From contig CAZWMG010000001.1 of the NCBI GenBank assembly GCA_964634945.1, positions 116,825 to 180,824 of the forward strand: a DNA stretch of 64,000 nucleotides. The letters run 5' to 3'. The translations under genes and the position numbers were made by a program. This DNA comes from an uncultured Planctomycetia bacterium (lineage in GTDB: Bacteria > Omnitrophota > Gorgyraeia > JABMRG01). This document shows positions 1-10,120 of this stretch, in pieces (positions within the stretch are counted from its first letter, which is position 1; each line of letters begins with the position of its first letter). The notes beneath the pieces are model-generated. The model saw only the letters and a program-made list of their open reading frames with translations. It made no database searches and was not told where the DNA came from.

Positions 1-133
1 CAACATCTGTTACAAGATTTACCCTACCCTTATAGGATATTTTTTCAATCCTTCCTAAATGTTTTTTAAGAAACACACCTGCGTCTTTAGCGAGATTCTC
101 GATAAACTTTTTATATTGCATCTCTTCTTTCAT
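1..133 (-). CDS. inositol monophosphatase family protein (SuhB-like), N-terminal fragment running off the window start
   Basis: Minus-strand ATG at 133-131. Translation MKEEMQYKKFIENLAKDAGVFLKKHLGRIEKISYKGRVNLVTDV... matches the IMPase N-terminus (DLVT..D motif). Not in the ORF track because the ORF is short and truncated. Confidence 0.4.
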   Translation of the reverse strand, partial: MKEEMQYKKFIENLAKDAGVFLKKHLGRIEKISYKGRVNLVTDV

Positions 134-202
134 TACATATATCCATTTTTTATTCTTCTTATCTCTTAAAAGAAAGGTAAGCCGCCGTGCCGACTTACTT
201 TT

Positions 203-1357
203 CTAAAAACTAGGCTCTATGCATAGGGCTCTATATCGTTTTGATTTTTTTAAGCCCCCTGAGATAAAGCTCGCATTCGTCATATATTTCATTTTACACC
301 ATGTGAAAAAATATTTACGGGGCTTCATAAACCAGCACCAGTAGAAAAATTTATACGAGAAATATGCTGCAAGCAAAAAAGACGTACATACAAAAAAAGC
401 TAAGCGCGGGCCTGGAGGATTAAATACTAAGGTTATAAGGCTTATTATGAATGCGAACGCAAAGATATGTAGCAGATGAAAGTTTCCTAAATAGAGAAAC
501 CCTTTAATCGGTGATGGGATCTTTAGCACAGGATTATTAGGATAGCTACCGATAAACTGGAAGACCAATTCAATATGATTAGACGCGTATTTCTTAATCA
601 GTGGGGGGTGCGCAGCGGCATAACTGGCCCAAACCTTCTCAAGCGCTGAAAAGCTCGATCTGTGCATATGATCTACTGTTGCCTCCGGCGCAAAATAGAG
701 TTTCCACCCCTTATCCTCAATCTGTAGGCACATATCCATGTCTTCGCCGGTAGGATGGGCCCAAAATCTCGCGTTTACCTCATCAATGGCTTTTTTTCTG
801 TAAGCCACGTTTGCGGTAATAAAAAAATATGCCCTATGGCCCGCTATCTGCGTTGGGCCCCTGTCAGACAAGGGTGGAAACTCGCCTTCTTCAATAAAAC
901 CATACCGTGGAGAGACCATATTGAACCTAAAATGCTCGCAATAGGCCTCAGTAAGGTTATCTTTATCTACCTTTAGTGTATACACCTCACCTCCAACAGC
1001 GCCTATCTTTGGATCCTTGGCAAATTTGGCAAGCATGATATTGACCCAATCCTTGCACGGAGCACAATCAGCGTCAGTGAAAAAAATATAATCACCCTTT
1101 ACGCTTTCTAGTGCCTTATTTCTTGCAAAAGCAGGTGTCGGGCAGCCAGGCAACTCTAAAAGCCTTATAAAATCATATCTTTTCTGCCATGATTTAATAA
1201 TATCGAGGGTCTTATCCTTTGAGCCTCCATCAACCAGAATAATCTCCCAGTTTTTATGGGGATAATCGATCTGCAAAAGATGCTCAAAGCTCTTATTGAC
1301 CGTTCGCTCAAAATCTCGGATAGGTATTATTATTGAAATAAATGGTTTGTCACTCAT
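203..1357 (-). CDS. family 2 glycosyltransferase with C-terminal transmembrane region
   Basis: N-terminus SIIIPIRDFERTV...ILVDGGSKDKT..FTDADC (GT2 DXD-type fold). Hydrophobic C-terminal tail. Confidence 0.65.
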   Translation of the reverse strand: MSDKPFISIIIPIRDFERTVNKSFEHLLQIDYPHKNWEIILVDGGSKDKTLDIIKSWQKRYDFIRLLELPGCPTPAFARNKALESVKGDYIFFTDADCAPCKDWVNIMLAKFAKDPKIGAVGGEVYTLKVDKDNLTEAYCEHFRFNMVSPRYGFIEEGEFPPLSDRGPTQIAGHRAYFFITANVAYRKKAIDEVNARFWAHPTGEDMDMCLQIEDKGWKLYFAPEATVDHMHRSSFSALEKVWASYAAAHPPLIKKYASNHIELVFQFIGSYPNNPVLKIPSPIKGFLYLGNFHLLHIFAFAFIISLITLVFNPPGPRLAFFVCTSFLLAAYFSYKFFYWCWFMKPRKYFFTWCKMKYMTNASFISGGLKKSKRYRALCIEPSF

Positions 1358-1513
1358 ATAGGCGCCTTGTTAAAAAGTGATTGAATATTTAATATATACC
1401 CAATAATAGTGCGTGTCCACATAAACTTAGCCTGTACGTTACTTTTTTACGCACAGGCTAATCCCATAGGGATCATTTCTTAAAGTGTTATAGTTACGAT
1501 TAGGCTACCCCTG

Positions 1514-2233
1514 TTATTTATCGTCCTCATACGCTATCGCTCTGATATTCTCCAATTTGCCAAAACAGACAAGGGTATCATGAGGCTTTAACCTTGTAGA
1601 AGCGATAGGATTTATTATATTCTCCCGGTCCCTTTCCACAGAAAGCACCAGAATGTCATTAGAGCGCAATTTTGATTCAGAAAGGGTTTTTCCGCTTAGA
1701 GGGTTTTTCTTAGTAAGCTCAATCTGTGAAATTCCATACCCCTTAGCGTTTAAGAGAAGTTCTTCAAATCTGGCACGCTGCAACAGCTTTTTGTCAATCA
1801 TCTGCTCCTGGATCTTACTCATAAGGAGGTTCAAAAACCTGCTCGAATGGAATATTTTATAAATCAAAAAAAGCAGGATAAGCACAATGCTTAAATTGGC
1901 ATACTGCATAGAGGATCTAGGCACGAACCTTTCGAGAACAGGAATAATAGGCGTCACAGGACCACTGGTATTGATTGTTGTAACAAGAGTGGCTATCAAA
2001 GTAACAAACCCCGCATTACCCAGTATCATAAGCACGGAAGCTACTTTACGCCTGTCCTTATGCGCTGTTACCAGCTCAGCTTCTCTTGTTGTAAAACCTG
2101 TTCCTGTAAAAGCTGATACAGACTGAAAGTTTGCCTGATCAGAATTGAGTCCTGTAAGTTCAAAAGCGGCAGCACCGATTTTAATTACGAAATACACTAC
2201 AACAATAATAGCGATGAACACAAATACACTCAT
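1514..2233 (-). CDS. membrane protein with C-terminal TrkA-C (RCK_C)-like domain
   Basis: N-terminal TM helices, a central FTGTGFTT motif, a C-terminal TrkA-C-like segment (GKTLSESKLR..DILVLSVERD..PHDTLVCFG). Confidence 0.45.
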   Translation of the reverse strand: MSVFVFIAIIVVVYFVIKIGAAAFELTGLNSDQANFQSVSAFTGTGFTTREAELVTAHKDRRKVASVLMILGNAGFVTLIATLVTTINTSGPVTPIIPVLERFVPRSSMQYANLSIVLILLFLIYKIFHSSRFLNLLMSKIQEQMIDKKLLQRARFEELLLNAKGYGISQIELTKKNPLSGKTLSESKLRSNDILVLSVERDRENIINPIASTRLKPHDTLVCFGKLENIRAIAYEDDK

Positions 2234-2274
2234 TAAAAGGCCTCTCTCTTTTCTGTTATTGAATTCAAAAATTC

Positions 2275-2817
2275 TTATAGTGCCGCTCTTACGGCATCGG
2301 GCTTTGATCGTTGCCTATCGTCAATATCCTCAGACCATAACCCTCTTTTATTCTCATACGCTTGCTTTTCAGCCTGCAAAAGTTCTTCTCTGTATTTATC
2401 ATTAGGTGGAACTATAAGCACCTTGGCCAAGCCTGACCTTACGATCTCCGCGTTAACAAGCCTTGCATCAGGTGTAAAGACATAGACTAAAAGCCTTCCT
2501 TTAGAATCGCGCTCCATCAGGTCGAACTCCAGTCGAATATCACTGTCAAGAATCAGGTCCTCATTTAACCTTGCTGCAGATTCAGGTATCGCGTTTATGT
2601 CCGGTATATAAATACCTATATATGCGGCTAACTCATTATTTGTAAGCTTAATAACGTTACCTGAGATAACATCATCAACAGTAATCGGCACTATCTTCCC
2701 TACGGGGAACTCTACTACAGCGCCCAGCCCCTGAACCTCGGAAGAATCAATATAAACCCTATTGCCTGCGCATCCGCATAAAAGCGATATAAAAAAACAA
2801 AGTAACAATAATTTCAT
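2275..2817 (-). CDS. SNase-like (thermonuclease family) lipoprotein
   Basis: Lipobox LLCGCAG. Staphylococcal-nuclease-like motifs VIKLTNNELAAYIGIYIPD and LLVYVFTPDARLVNAEIVRSGLAKV. Confidence 0.55.
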   Translation of the reverse strand: MKLLLLCFFISLLCGCAGNRVYIDSSEVQGLGAVVEFPVGKIVPITVDDVISGNVIKLTNNELAAYIGIYIPDINAIPESAARLNEDLILDSDIRLEFDLMERDSKGRLLVYVFTPDARLVNAEIVRSGLAKVLIVPPNDKYREELLQAEKQAYENKRGLWSEDIDDRQRSKPDAVRAAL

Positions 2818-2840
2818 AAGTAAATCGCGTAATTTAACAG

Positions 2841-2874
2841 CTAAAAATAAAAGGGACTGTCCTTGGACAGCCCC
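2841..2874 (-). terminator. rho-independent terminator downstream of the 2913..3305 gene
   Basis: Hairpin gggactgtcc-tt-ggacagcccc (one mismatch). An A-run on the plus strand at 2841-2852 gives a U-tract on the minus strand. Confidence 0.5.
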
Positions 2875-2912
2875 TTTGTGCTGATTAAAGCTAAGTAAAG
2901 AATTTCGTAAAA

Positions 2913-3305
2913 CTATTTTGTCGATGTATCCGGAATAGGTACCATAGAAGGCTTTACAACCTCTTCCTGTCCTGTCTTATGCAGAGTAGCTACATCCGCA
3001 ACGCCTGAGACTGTCCTTGCAAAGGCATTTGCTATACCCTTAAGCAGGCCAACTGTTATGCCAAGAAACGGGTTATCTGAATCCTTCGTTACCGCCGCTA
3101 CAGCCTTTGGTATTTCTGTCCAGCCCAATAGCACGTTACCAGTTGTGTTCTGGAGCTTATCCTGCTCTTTATCCTGCGCTAGGGCTGATAGAGATAATGT
3201 ACTGATCGCGACACAAGCCAATATTGCAACTATTAATGACTTTTTCACTTCATTCACCTCCTCATTTTTTTTATCATAGCATAAATGAAAAACAGGCGCA
3301 AGCAA
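2913..3305 (-). CDS. small secreted/periplasmic hypothetical protein
   Basis: N-terminal signal-like hydrophobic segment (LIVAILACVAISTLSLSALA). No recognisable domain. Confidence 0.35.
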   Translation of the reverse strand: MLAPVFHLCYDKKNEEVNEVKKSLIVAILACVAISTLSLSALAQDKEQDKLQNTTGNVLLGWTEIPKAVAAVTKDSDNPFLGITVGLLKGIANAFARTVSGVADVATLHKTGQEEVVKPSMVPIPDTSTK

Positions 3306-3334
3306 AAAGTATTTTTTATTCGTGTTTTTATTGT

Positions 3335-4432
3335 TTAGCTTTTTATCAGATCTATCCTCTCGGATGCGGGGGGATGATCATAAAAGAAATGCTTAGCGAG
3401 CATTCCAGGAGTTGGATCTGATAGATTTTGCAGAGTGAGCTTTTCTATAAGATCGGAAAATACAAAAGGCTTACCGGTTATAACGATAGCGTCTTTATCA
3501 GCCTGTGTCTCATATTTTCTGGAGATCGAGTTTAATATCGGGAGAGAACATATACTGTATAGAGTGAAGACAATCGCTATTATCGGAAATGCTTCTATGC
3601 TGTATTGCGCAGAAATAAACCTAGCTGATATAGCAAAATCCAAAATAAAATTAATTATTAGGAGATTTAGCAGGATCGATAAAAAATGCAATATATTCAG
3701 CCTCCAAAAATGCATATGCTTGTGATGGGCCAGTTCATGAGCAAGCGTAGCCTCTATCTCATCGGGAGTATAATTTTCAAGCAGTGTATCCGAAAGAAGA
3801 ATTCGCTTGCTCTTTCCAATGCCGCAAACCGCGGCATTGGCCTTGGAAGTTTTCGCGCCAAGGCCTATTGTGTAGACATCAACGATCTCAATGTCCATGC
3901 TATCGGCTAATTTAGTAAGCCTCTCCTTCAATAGCTTGTCAGTGATTATTGTAAGTTTGTAAAAAAGCGGGATAACTATCTGTGGAAATATCTTCGCGAT
4001 TATTACACTCATAAAAAAATACGCGACACCTGAATATAGCCACCAAAAAACCGGTGAGATCCTTAAAAAAAGATAAAGAGATAAGATCATGATCATAGAA
4101 AGCAGTCCGGAAAATAAAACCTTTTTAATGTAATCCATTAACCATGACGATAAAGTCTGCCTTGATAGGCCAAAATCATGCTCCATTCGAAAGGATGCGG
4201 TATAGTCAAGCGGCAAGAGAATGATCTGCAAAAAGCTACCTGCGATAGCTATATATATTGCGGCTACTATGTAAGGGTTCTGCGATACCATAAGCGCAAG
4301 AGAGATCAAGAATTCAGAACCGCCGCTAAAAAATAGACCAGTGAAAAAGAGAATGGTCAGGACCCATTCGGAAACTGCTATTTTACGTTTACCAACTGAA
4401 TATAGCTTTGTTTTATCTTCACGGCTATCCAA
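3335..4432 (-). CDS. M48 family zinc metalloprotease (HtpX/Ste24-like), integral membrane
   Basis: Multiple TM helices. HExxH motif in LAHELAHHKH. C-terminal region typical of M48. Confidence 0.6.
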   Translation of the reverse strand: MDSREDKTKLYSVGKRKIAVSEWVLTILFFTGLFFSGGSEFLISLALMVSQNPYIVAAIYIAIAGSFLQIILLPLDYTASFRMEHDFGLSRQTLSSWLMDYIKKVLFSGLLSMIMILSLYLFLRISPVFWWLYSGVAYFFMSVIIAKIFPQIVIPLFYKLTIITDKLLKERLTKLADSMDIEIVDVYTIGLGAKTSKANAAVCGIGKSKRILLSDTLLENYTPDEIEATLAHELAHHKHMHFWRLNILHFLSILLNLLIINFILDFAISARFISAQYSIEAFPIIAIVFTLYSICSLPILNSISRKYETQADKDAIVITGKPFVFSDLIEKLTLQNLSDPTPGMLAKHFFYDHPPASERIDLIKS

Positions 4433-4453
4433 GTCCTGTCCCCTTATTTTTAC

Positions 4454-5347
4454 TTATTCTATACCAAGCTTTTTTAGAGAGATTTCATTTTTACGCCAGT
4501 TCTTTAAAACCTTTACCCATACTTGCATAAAAATTTTTGCACTAAACCTCTCTTCTAGCTCAACCCTGCTTAAGGTCGCTATCTCCTTGGCCATAGAACC
4601 TTTCTGCCCTACTATAATCGCTTTTTGCGATTCACGCTCAACATAAATTGTAGCGTCAATATCAAGAATTTCTTTTGTTTCGCGCTTTTGAAATCTTTCA
4701 ATAACCACTGCTACGGAGTGAGGAACCTCTTCCCTTGTCAATTGAAGGACTTTCTCTCTTATGATCTCTGCTGATGAAAAGATATCGCTCTTATCCGTAA
4801 CCTGCTCGTCAGGATAATGCTTCTCTCCCATTGGCAAGAGATTAAATATTTTCTCCTTTAGAACCTCGATATTGTCACCTGTTAGCGCGGATATCGGTAT
4901 GAATTCACTAAACGCGTACTCGCTTCTTAGCTCATCAATAACAGGTAGGAGTTTTGACTTTTTGGCAATATCTATCTTATTAAGAACAACGATTACCGGC
5001 TTTTTAGCCTCTTTTATCTTCTCCAGTATGATACGGTCCGCCTCTGAAAGGCCTGAGGTCATCTCAATCAAAAAAATAACGAGGTCTGCGCCAAGAAGTG
5101 AGTTTGAAGCCTTGTTAACCATCAATCTGCCAAGCAGCAGATGCGGCTTATGTATGCCGGGCGTATCGACAAAGATCGCCTGTTCATGCGCAGTTGTAAG
5201 TATGCCAAGGATGTTATCTCTCGTTGTCTCAGGCTTGTTCGAGACTATGGCTAATTTTTGGTTAAGAAAGGCATTCAACAGGGTAGATTTGCCCACATTT
5301 GGTTTTCCTACAATAGTCACAAAACCTGATTTATATCTAGCTGTCAC
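4454..5347 (-). CDS. era: GTPase Era
   Basis: G1 GKPNVGKSTLLN, G3 DTPGIH, NKID, C-terminal KH domain. About 300 aa. Confidence 0.85.
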   Translation of the reverse strand: MTARYKSGFVTIVGKPNVGKSTLLNAFLNQKLAIVSNKPETTRDNILGILTTAHEQAIFVDTPGIHKPHLLLGRLMVNKASNSLLGADLVIFLIEMTSGLSEADRIILEKIKEAKKPVIVVLNKIDIAKKSKLLPVIDELRSEYAFSEFIPISALTGDNIEVLKEKIFNLLPMGEKHYPDEQVTDKSDIFSSAEIIREKVLQLTREEVPHSVAVVIERFQKRETKEILDIDATIYVERESQKAIIVGQKGSMAKEIATLSRVELEERFSAKIFMQVWVKVLKNWRKNEISLKKLGIE

Positions 5348-5397
5348 TGTTTTTATACCTTACAATTTATATGTGTTTGCCAATAAAAAACAACTCG

Positions 5398-5706
5398 TCA
5401 TACCTTATAGACCAAGTCATTACTTCTTACTCTCTTTTTTGCTATAAAACCTACCTCACTGCCTTTTTTTGCTTTTTCTACATCCTTGTTATCTATCTGA
5501 AGAGAACTTAACTTCTGCTTAAAATCTGTGGTGTGGCCTTGAATATGAACTGTATCACCCGCGGATAAAGGTGTTTTAAGTTTTATAACCCCTGCCCTAC
5601 ATCGGCTAAAGTAATGCGTTATGCTTCCTATTGGCTTACCTTCGGGTTTTTTCCTTTGAGCTTTCTTTACTGATTTTTGCTTCTTAAAGAAATTGAATAT
5701 CATCAT
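5398..5706 (-). CDS. small hypothetical protein, lysine-rich N-terminus plus beta-barrel-like domain
   Basis: 102 aa. Resembles standalone EF-Tu-domain-2-like small proteins (GDTVHIQGHTTDF...VGF). Weak. Confidence 0.3.
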   Translation of the reverse strand: MMIFNFFKKQKSVKKAQRKKPEGKPIGSITHYFSRCRAGVIKLKTPLSAGDTVHIQGHTTDFKQKLSSLQIDNKDVEKAKKGSEVGFIAKKRVRSNDLVYKV

Positions 5707-5836
5707 TCACCCCCGATAGTTTAGACATTTAGTCACAGGCTTACGGTTATCGTTTACAATCTTTTAAAAAAAGTAAATAAAAAACTATGCTCATAATCAT
5801 TCTACCATATAAATATTGGCCTACAAGTCAAAGTTG

Positions 5837-8800
5837 TTACTGCCAACATATATTTTTATAATCGCATCTTCCGCATCTTTTTACGCTATCATCATATTCT
5901 TGGAGTCTTGAGAAATCAAGATTCTTGATAGATTTCCAGCAGCCTCTTATCAGGGCCTCAAGCTCGTTAACCTTTTTATCGCTAATAGTAACCCGTTTAT
6001 TGATAAAATCACCTTTTTTTAATCCATATTTTATTACACTCAGTTTTACGGGCTCAATAAAGACAAGCAGCCCTTCAGTGATCACATAACCTCTCGCGGA
6101 ACTATCCCTATCAAATAAGAGCTTATAAGCGACCAGCTGCCTAAAATAGCCTTCACAATCACTGTCTCCGAGTTCCTGTGTTTTGGAAGTCATATTTTTA
6201 ATATGGTCATCCGGTTTTCCTGTTTTATAATCAACTACTCGTACGTATGGGGATCTTTCGTCCACCAATTCAGTCTTATCATATTTACCGGTAAAGATCA
6301 AGTCGTCATCAAGCGTGACAATTAGCTTCTTCTCAAGGCCAATCGGTTTCACGGGTGCTACTGATTCTGCCTTAAACCACCCTCTAAGTGTATCGACCTG
6401 CCTGCGACAGGAGAGTTCAATCGCCTTCTCGACACCCTGATATCTTAGTTCATCTAGGAACGATGCCTTAAAAAATTTAAAATCCGGGAATTTATCTTTG
6501 TCCATGAAGTATCTATATACATCTTCTAATGCCTTGTGAACACAGTTTCCAAAGGTAAGGCCTAGCTTTTTCTGGGAAGGCAATCGCAGTACATCAGTAT
6601 AGAGAAATTTTCTCTTGCAATTTATATAGCTATTCAAGCTTGTAGGATTCAGCGTAAGATTGGATATCATATCACTCAATACAGCCTCTGTGCCGATAAA
6701 AGGATCCTTCTTGTTTGTACAGGCAAGCGCGTCCGCAAGAACAATATCCTCCTTAACTAAAGACTTACTCGCGACACTCTCTAGCCCCACTAAGGAAAGA
6801 TATGAACTGCTTATCGTCCCTGGCTTTGGGCTGGCTGTATATAGCAGGTTTGCTTTCGCGCGGGTTGACGCCACATAAAAGAGTCTTGTTTCGTCATAAA
6901 AATTCATGATCTTGACCTTATTTTTGTCAGGCGCCTTATCTTTTGTCTTGAATATTTCTGGGGGCAATGGTATCAGGTCTGATTTTAAGCGCATAGGCCA
7001 ATTCTTATCCTGCAAACAAAACGGTATAATAACAGAATGGAACTCTAGCCCCTTCGAGCCATGTGCCGTAAAAATCCTTACTCCATCCTGGCTCATCGTA
7101 ACAAGATCTCCCTGAAGAGGTATGCCATGTTCTCTCTTCATATCCAGCTCATCCATAAGATCGGAAAGCGTTAAAGCGGGACTATTGAGATCTGAAACCT
7201 TTATCATATTAATAAATGATGTTAACGCGCGAAGATCCCTTATCTTTAAGATAGCGTCATCCTTGTATGCCTTGAGAATATACTTGTATATCCCCGCGTC
7301 TTCAACATATTGTAAAAGCGCGGCGTGAACAGGACGTGTGCTAATGGACTCCAGTAGCCTCCTTATGGCCCATGCCGCTTTTGCGATTGCGCATGGGTCC
7401 TTAAAGCTTGAGCTTTTACATATAGGTAATAACCTGATATCCTTATTTAATAGCTCCGCTTTCGTATCAAGCGAATCAAAACAACTTAGAAACTCTTGAA
7501 ATAATGTTATCTCATTTGAGCGCTTATCCTCTTTATTGCGCATTCTCTTGCGCTGGAGATGCCTGATAAATTCCAGTACATCTCTCATGGGGATCTGAAA
7601 ATAATCGCTAATGAGCACCCTATACAACAAGGCGTCCTTTTCCGATATCGCGGTAATGTTTCGGGTGTCGGAAAGAGCTAGGACATCAAGCATCTGCCTG
7701 ACCCTTTTTTCTGGCGTTATATCCTCTTTTCCATCGGTTGCATATGGTATACCCGCCTTTAAGAATGTGTCTATAACCTTTAAGATCTCTTTTCTCTTGC
7801 GTACTAGTATCGCTATATTGTTGTAAGGGTGCGCCTTATCATCATCAGAGACCTCGCTTGAGGATACAATGCGGGCCTTAATCTCCTTTACCTTATTCGC
7901 TAAAAAAATAAGCTCCTCCGCCTCTGTCGTAAGCTCGTGGAACTCTATTCTTTTATCACTATAATCTTTCTTAGGCGTAAGCTCTTTTAAAGTCATCCTC
8001 TCCGCGTCAGGAAGGTTGCCTATTATCTTATCGGATATCATTATTATGTTTTTGGTAGATCTATAATTATCTTTTAACGATATTGTCTTCAATTTTGGAA
8101 AACGTGATTCAAGAAGCTTGAAATTTCCTACGGACGCCCCTTGAAAACGATAGATAGACTGGTCATCGTCTCCTACGCAACAAAGATTTGGATCCTTGCT
8201 CCTTGCAAGCTCGAACAATAACTCTAGCTGTGCCCCATTTGTATCCTGAAACTCATCTACCATTATAAATGTGTACTTCTGACACAAGGCATCCCTAATC
8301 CCTTTCTCTTTTCTAATCGCCTCAAGGGCAAAGATTATCATGTCATCAAAATCATATCTTCCGCGATCATCAAAAAGATCCCTATTCTTGCCTGCCTTGT
8401 ACTCCTCATAAAGCTTATAGACAATCGCCAGGGCTTTGATTCTGGGCAGATGTTTTTCTTCGATATAAACCCCATCAGGCTTTATGGAAGTAGCGATTCT
8501 CTCAAATTCTTTTGGCCCTATGCCCTCTTTTTTTAGTTCACTGATCTTACTCTCTATCGCGTTGCGATAAATATATGGCGCCCTGAACGGCCTAATCGGA
8601 TCTATGCCATCTGTATTATCAAGTATATACTCAAATGCCTTGACCCTTTCTATGTCTGTTATCTGTATCTTATCCCGAACATAGTTTGCGGCATCTTCTG
8701 AATCAAGTAATATGGAATTTGAAAAACTATGGAAGGTACCTGTTTCAATATCATACCCATCAGGCCCTAATATCTTTACTAGGCGTTCTTTCATGGCCTT

Positions 8801-9004
8801 TGAAGCGGCGTTTGTATAGGTAAGGATCAAGATATTCTCAGGACTTGCTTCTTTTGAATATATTATATTCGCGGCACGCACAGAGAGCAGCTCTGTCTTA
8901 CCTGTGCCAGGACCAGCTAGCACAAGAAGCGGGCCGCTTAAGGCATCGGCAGCGGCTTTTTGGCTAGAATTTAATTTTTTGTAACACTCCTTAAAGCTAT
9001 CCAT
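5837..9004 (-). CDS. UvrD/PcrA-type helicase fused to a C-terminal PD-(D/E)XK Fe-S nuclease (AddA/AddB-like single chain)
   Basis: Helicase motif I LAGPGTGKTELL and motif II VDEFQDTN. C-terminal VVDYKTGKP (PD-(D/E)XK) and terminal CGRCDYKNIC (C-x2-C-x5-C, Cas4/AddB-type cluster). Confidence 0.65.
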   Translation of the reverse strand: MDSFKECYKKLNSSQKAAADALSGPLLVLAGPGTGKTELLSVRAANIIYSKEASPENILILTYTNAASKAMKERLVKILGPDGYDIETGTFHSFSNSILLDSEDAANYVRDKIQITDIERVKAFEYILDNTDGIDPIRPFRAPYIYRNAIESKISELKKEGIGPKEFERIATSIKPDGVYIEEKHLPRIKALAIVYKLYEEYKAGKNRDLFDDRGRYDFDDMIIFALEAIRKEKGIRDALCQKYTFIMVDEFQDTNGAQLELLFELARSKDPNLCCVGDDDQSIYRFQGASVGNFKLLESRFPKLKTISLKDNYRSTKNIIMISDKIIGNLPDAERMTLKELTPKKDYSDKRIEFHELTTEAEELIFLANKVKEIKARIVSSSEVSDDDKAHPYNNIAILVRKRKEILKVIDTFLKAGIPYATDGKEDITPEKRVRQMLDVLALSDTRNITAISEKDALLYRVLISDYFQIPMRDVLEFIRHLQRKRMRNKEDKRSNEITLFQEFLSCFDSLDTKAELLNKDIRLLPICKSSSFKDPCAIAKAAWAIRRLLESISTRPVHAALLQYVEDAGIYKYILKAYKDDAILKIRDLRALTSFINMIKVSDLNSPALTLSDLMDELDMKREHGIPLQGDLVTMSQDGVRIFTAHGSKGLEFHSVIIPFCLQDKNWPMRLKSDLIPLPPEIFKTKDKAPDKNKVKIMNFYDETRLFYVASTRAKANLLYTASPKPGTISSSYLSLVGLESVASKSLVKEDIVLADALACTNKKDPFIGTEAVLSDMISNLTLNPTSLNSYINCKRKFLYTDVLRLPSQKKLGLTFGNCVHKALEDVYRYFMDKDKFPDFKFFKASFLDELRYQGVEKAIELSCRRQVDTLRGWFKAESVAPVKPIGLEKKLIVTLDDDLIFTGKYDKTELVDERSPYVRVVDYKTGKPDDHIKNMTSKTQELGDSDCEGYFRQLVAYKLLFDRDSSARGYVITEGLLVFIEPVKLSVIKYGLKKGDFINKRVTISDKKVNELEALIRGCWKSIKNLDFSRLQEYDDSVKRCGRCDYKNICWQ

Positions 9005-9005
9005 A

Positions 9006-9425
9006 TTATTTACCTATAAACTGCAAGAGGAGCTTTCGTTTACGCGGGCGGTTATCAAAATCGATAAATATAATCTGCTGCCAAGTGCCTAGAGACATCT
9101 GGTTATCATTGAATGGCACTGTCAAGGATGGGCCAAGCAGAGAAGCCCTTAGATGTGAATGACCATTCGCATCTCCCCATGTAGCATCATGCTCATAGCG
9201 CTCAGAGGATGGGATTATCTTCTCAAAGAATTTCTTTATATCTGACTCCAATGCCGGCTCATATTCTATTGTCGTAACCGCACCTGTTGAACCGATAACA
9301 AATACTGTGACTATACCAGATGAGGCCTTTTTCTTTTTGAGGATATCATTAACCTGCGGCGTTATATCCACAATATCGGTTCTTCCTTTGGTATTAAGCT
9401 CTATATAAGCTGTTGAAACAGTCAT
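9006..9425 (-). CDS. YjbQ/UPF0047 family protein
   Basis: 139 aa. Conserved GIVTVFVIGSTGAVTT...HLRASLLGPSLTVP pattern of the YjbQ family. Confidence 0.65.
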   Translation of the reverse strand: MTVSTAYIELNTKGRTDIVDITPQVNDILKKKKASSGIVTVFVIGSTGAVTTIEYEPALESDIKKFFEKIIPSSERYEHDATWGDANGHSHLRASLLGPSLTVPFNDNQMSLGTWQQIIFIDFDNRPRKRKLLLQFIGK

Positions 9426-10114
9426 CTTGCCCCCTTTTTGTCATTGTGAAAAACACACTTTTCGCAATCCGGACTTATCCTGCATACGCCCTTGGAATGG
9501 GCCACAATTAGAGCGTGGTATTCGTTAAACAGGCTCGTGTCGTGTGGTAGATTTTGCATAAAGAGGGCCTGCAAATCGTCATATTTACTTTTGCCGCGGG
9601 TTAACCCTAAACACTTGGTAATTCTACGCGTATACGCGTCAATGACAAAAATAGGCTTATCTAACGCGTACAATAATATGGAATCCGCTGTCTCGGGGCC
9701 TATGCCATTTACGCTTAAAATTTCTTCTCGCAAGGTTGAAAGCGGGGTGCACTTCATCCTGAATAACTTTCCATTATATTTGAAAAAAAGGAAATCAAGA
9801 AAGTTCTTCAGTCTTTTTGCTTTTATATTATAGTAACCACTTGGGCGTATCAATGCGGCGAGTTTATTTGCGCTAATATTGTGCAGTTTTAATGGGTGTA
9901 AGAGATCTTCTCTCTTAAGGTTGAGAATTGCCTTTTCAACATTGGACCAGTTCGTGTTCTGAGTAAGGATTGCGCCAACTACAACTTCAAAAAAAGAATC
10001 CGCAGGCCACCAATGCTGAGGCCCGTACATCTTATAGAGGATACTAAATACCTCAAGCAGCCTCGATGTTAATTTTTTACCCTGCTTAAGCCTCTTCTCA
10101 GCCATAACCTTCAT
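9422..10114 (-). CDS. nth: endonuclease III-like HhH-GPD DNA glycosylase
   Basis: HhH motif VNGIGPETADSIL. Catalytic D in LYALDKP. C-terminal Cys cluster CRISPDCEKC. Overlaps yjbQ by 4 nt. Confidence 0.65.
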   Translation of the reverse strand: MKVMAEKRLKQGKKLTSRLLEVFSILYKMYGPQHWWPADSFFEVVVGAILTQNTNWSNVEKAILNLKREDLLHPLKLHNISANKLAALIRPSGYYNIKAKRLKNFLDFLFFKYNGKLFRMKCTPLSTLREEILSVNGIGPETADSILLYALDKPIFVIDAYTRRITKCLGLTRGKSKYDDLQALFMQNLPHDTSLFNEYHALIVAHSKGVCRISPDCEKCVFHNDKKGAR

Positions 10115-10120
10115 TAGTTA

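Noticed and set aside
1358-1513. Hairpin TAGCCTGT-N17-ACAGGCTA between the GT2 and RCK_C membrane protein genes
   Set aside because: An 8-bp stem with a large loop and no adjacent U-tract on either strand. Too weak to call as a terminator or a structured RNA.
5837-9004. Helicase-nuclease as part of an anti-phage defence island (Gabija or Hachiman-like)
   Set aside because: No partner gene (TOPRIM/ATPase, HamA-like) and no other defence genes nearby. The neighbours are era, yjbQ and nth. An AddAB-like repair role is the more economical reading.
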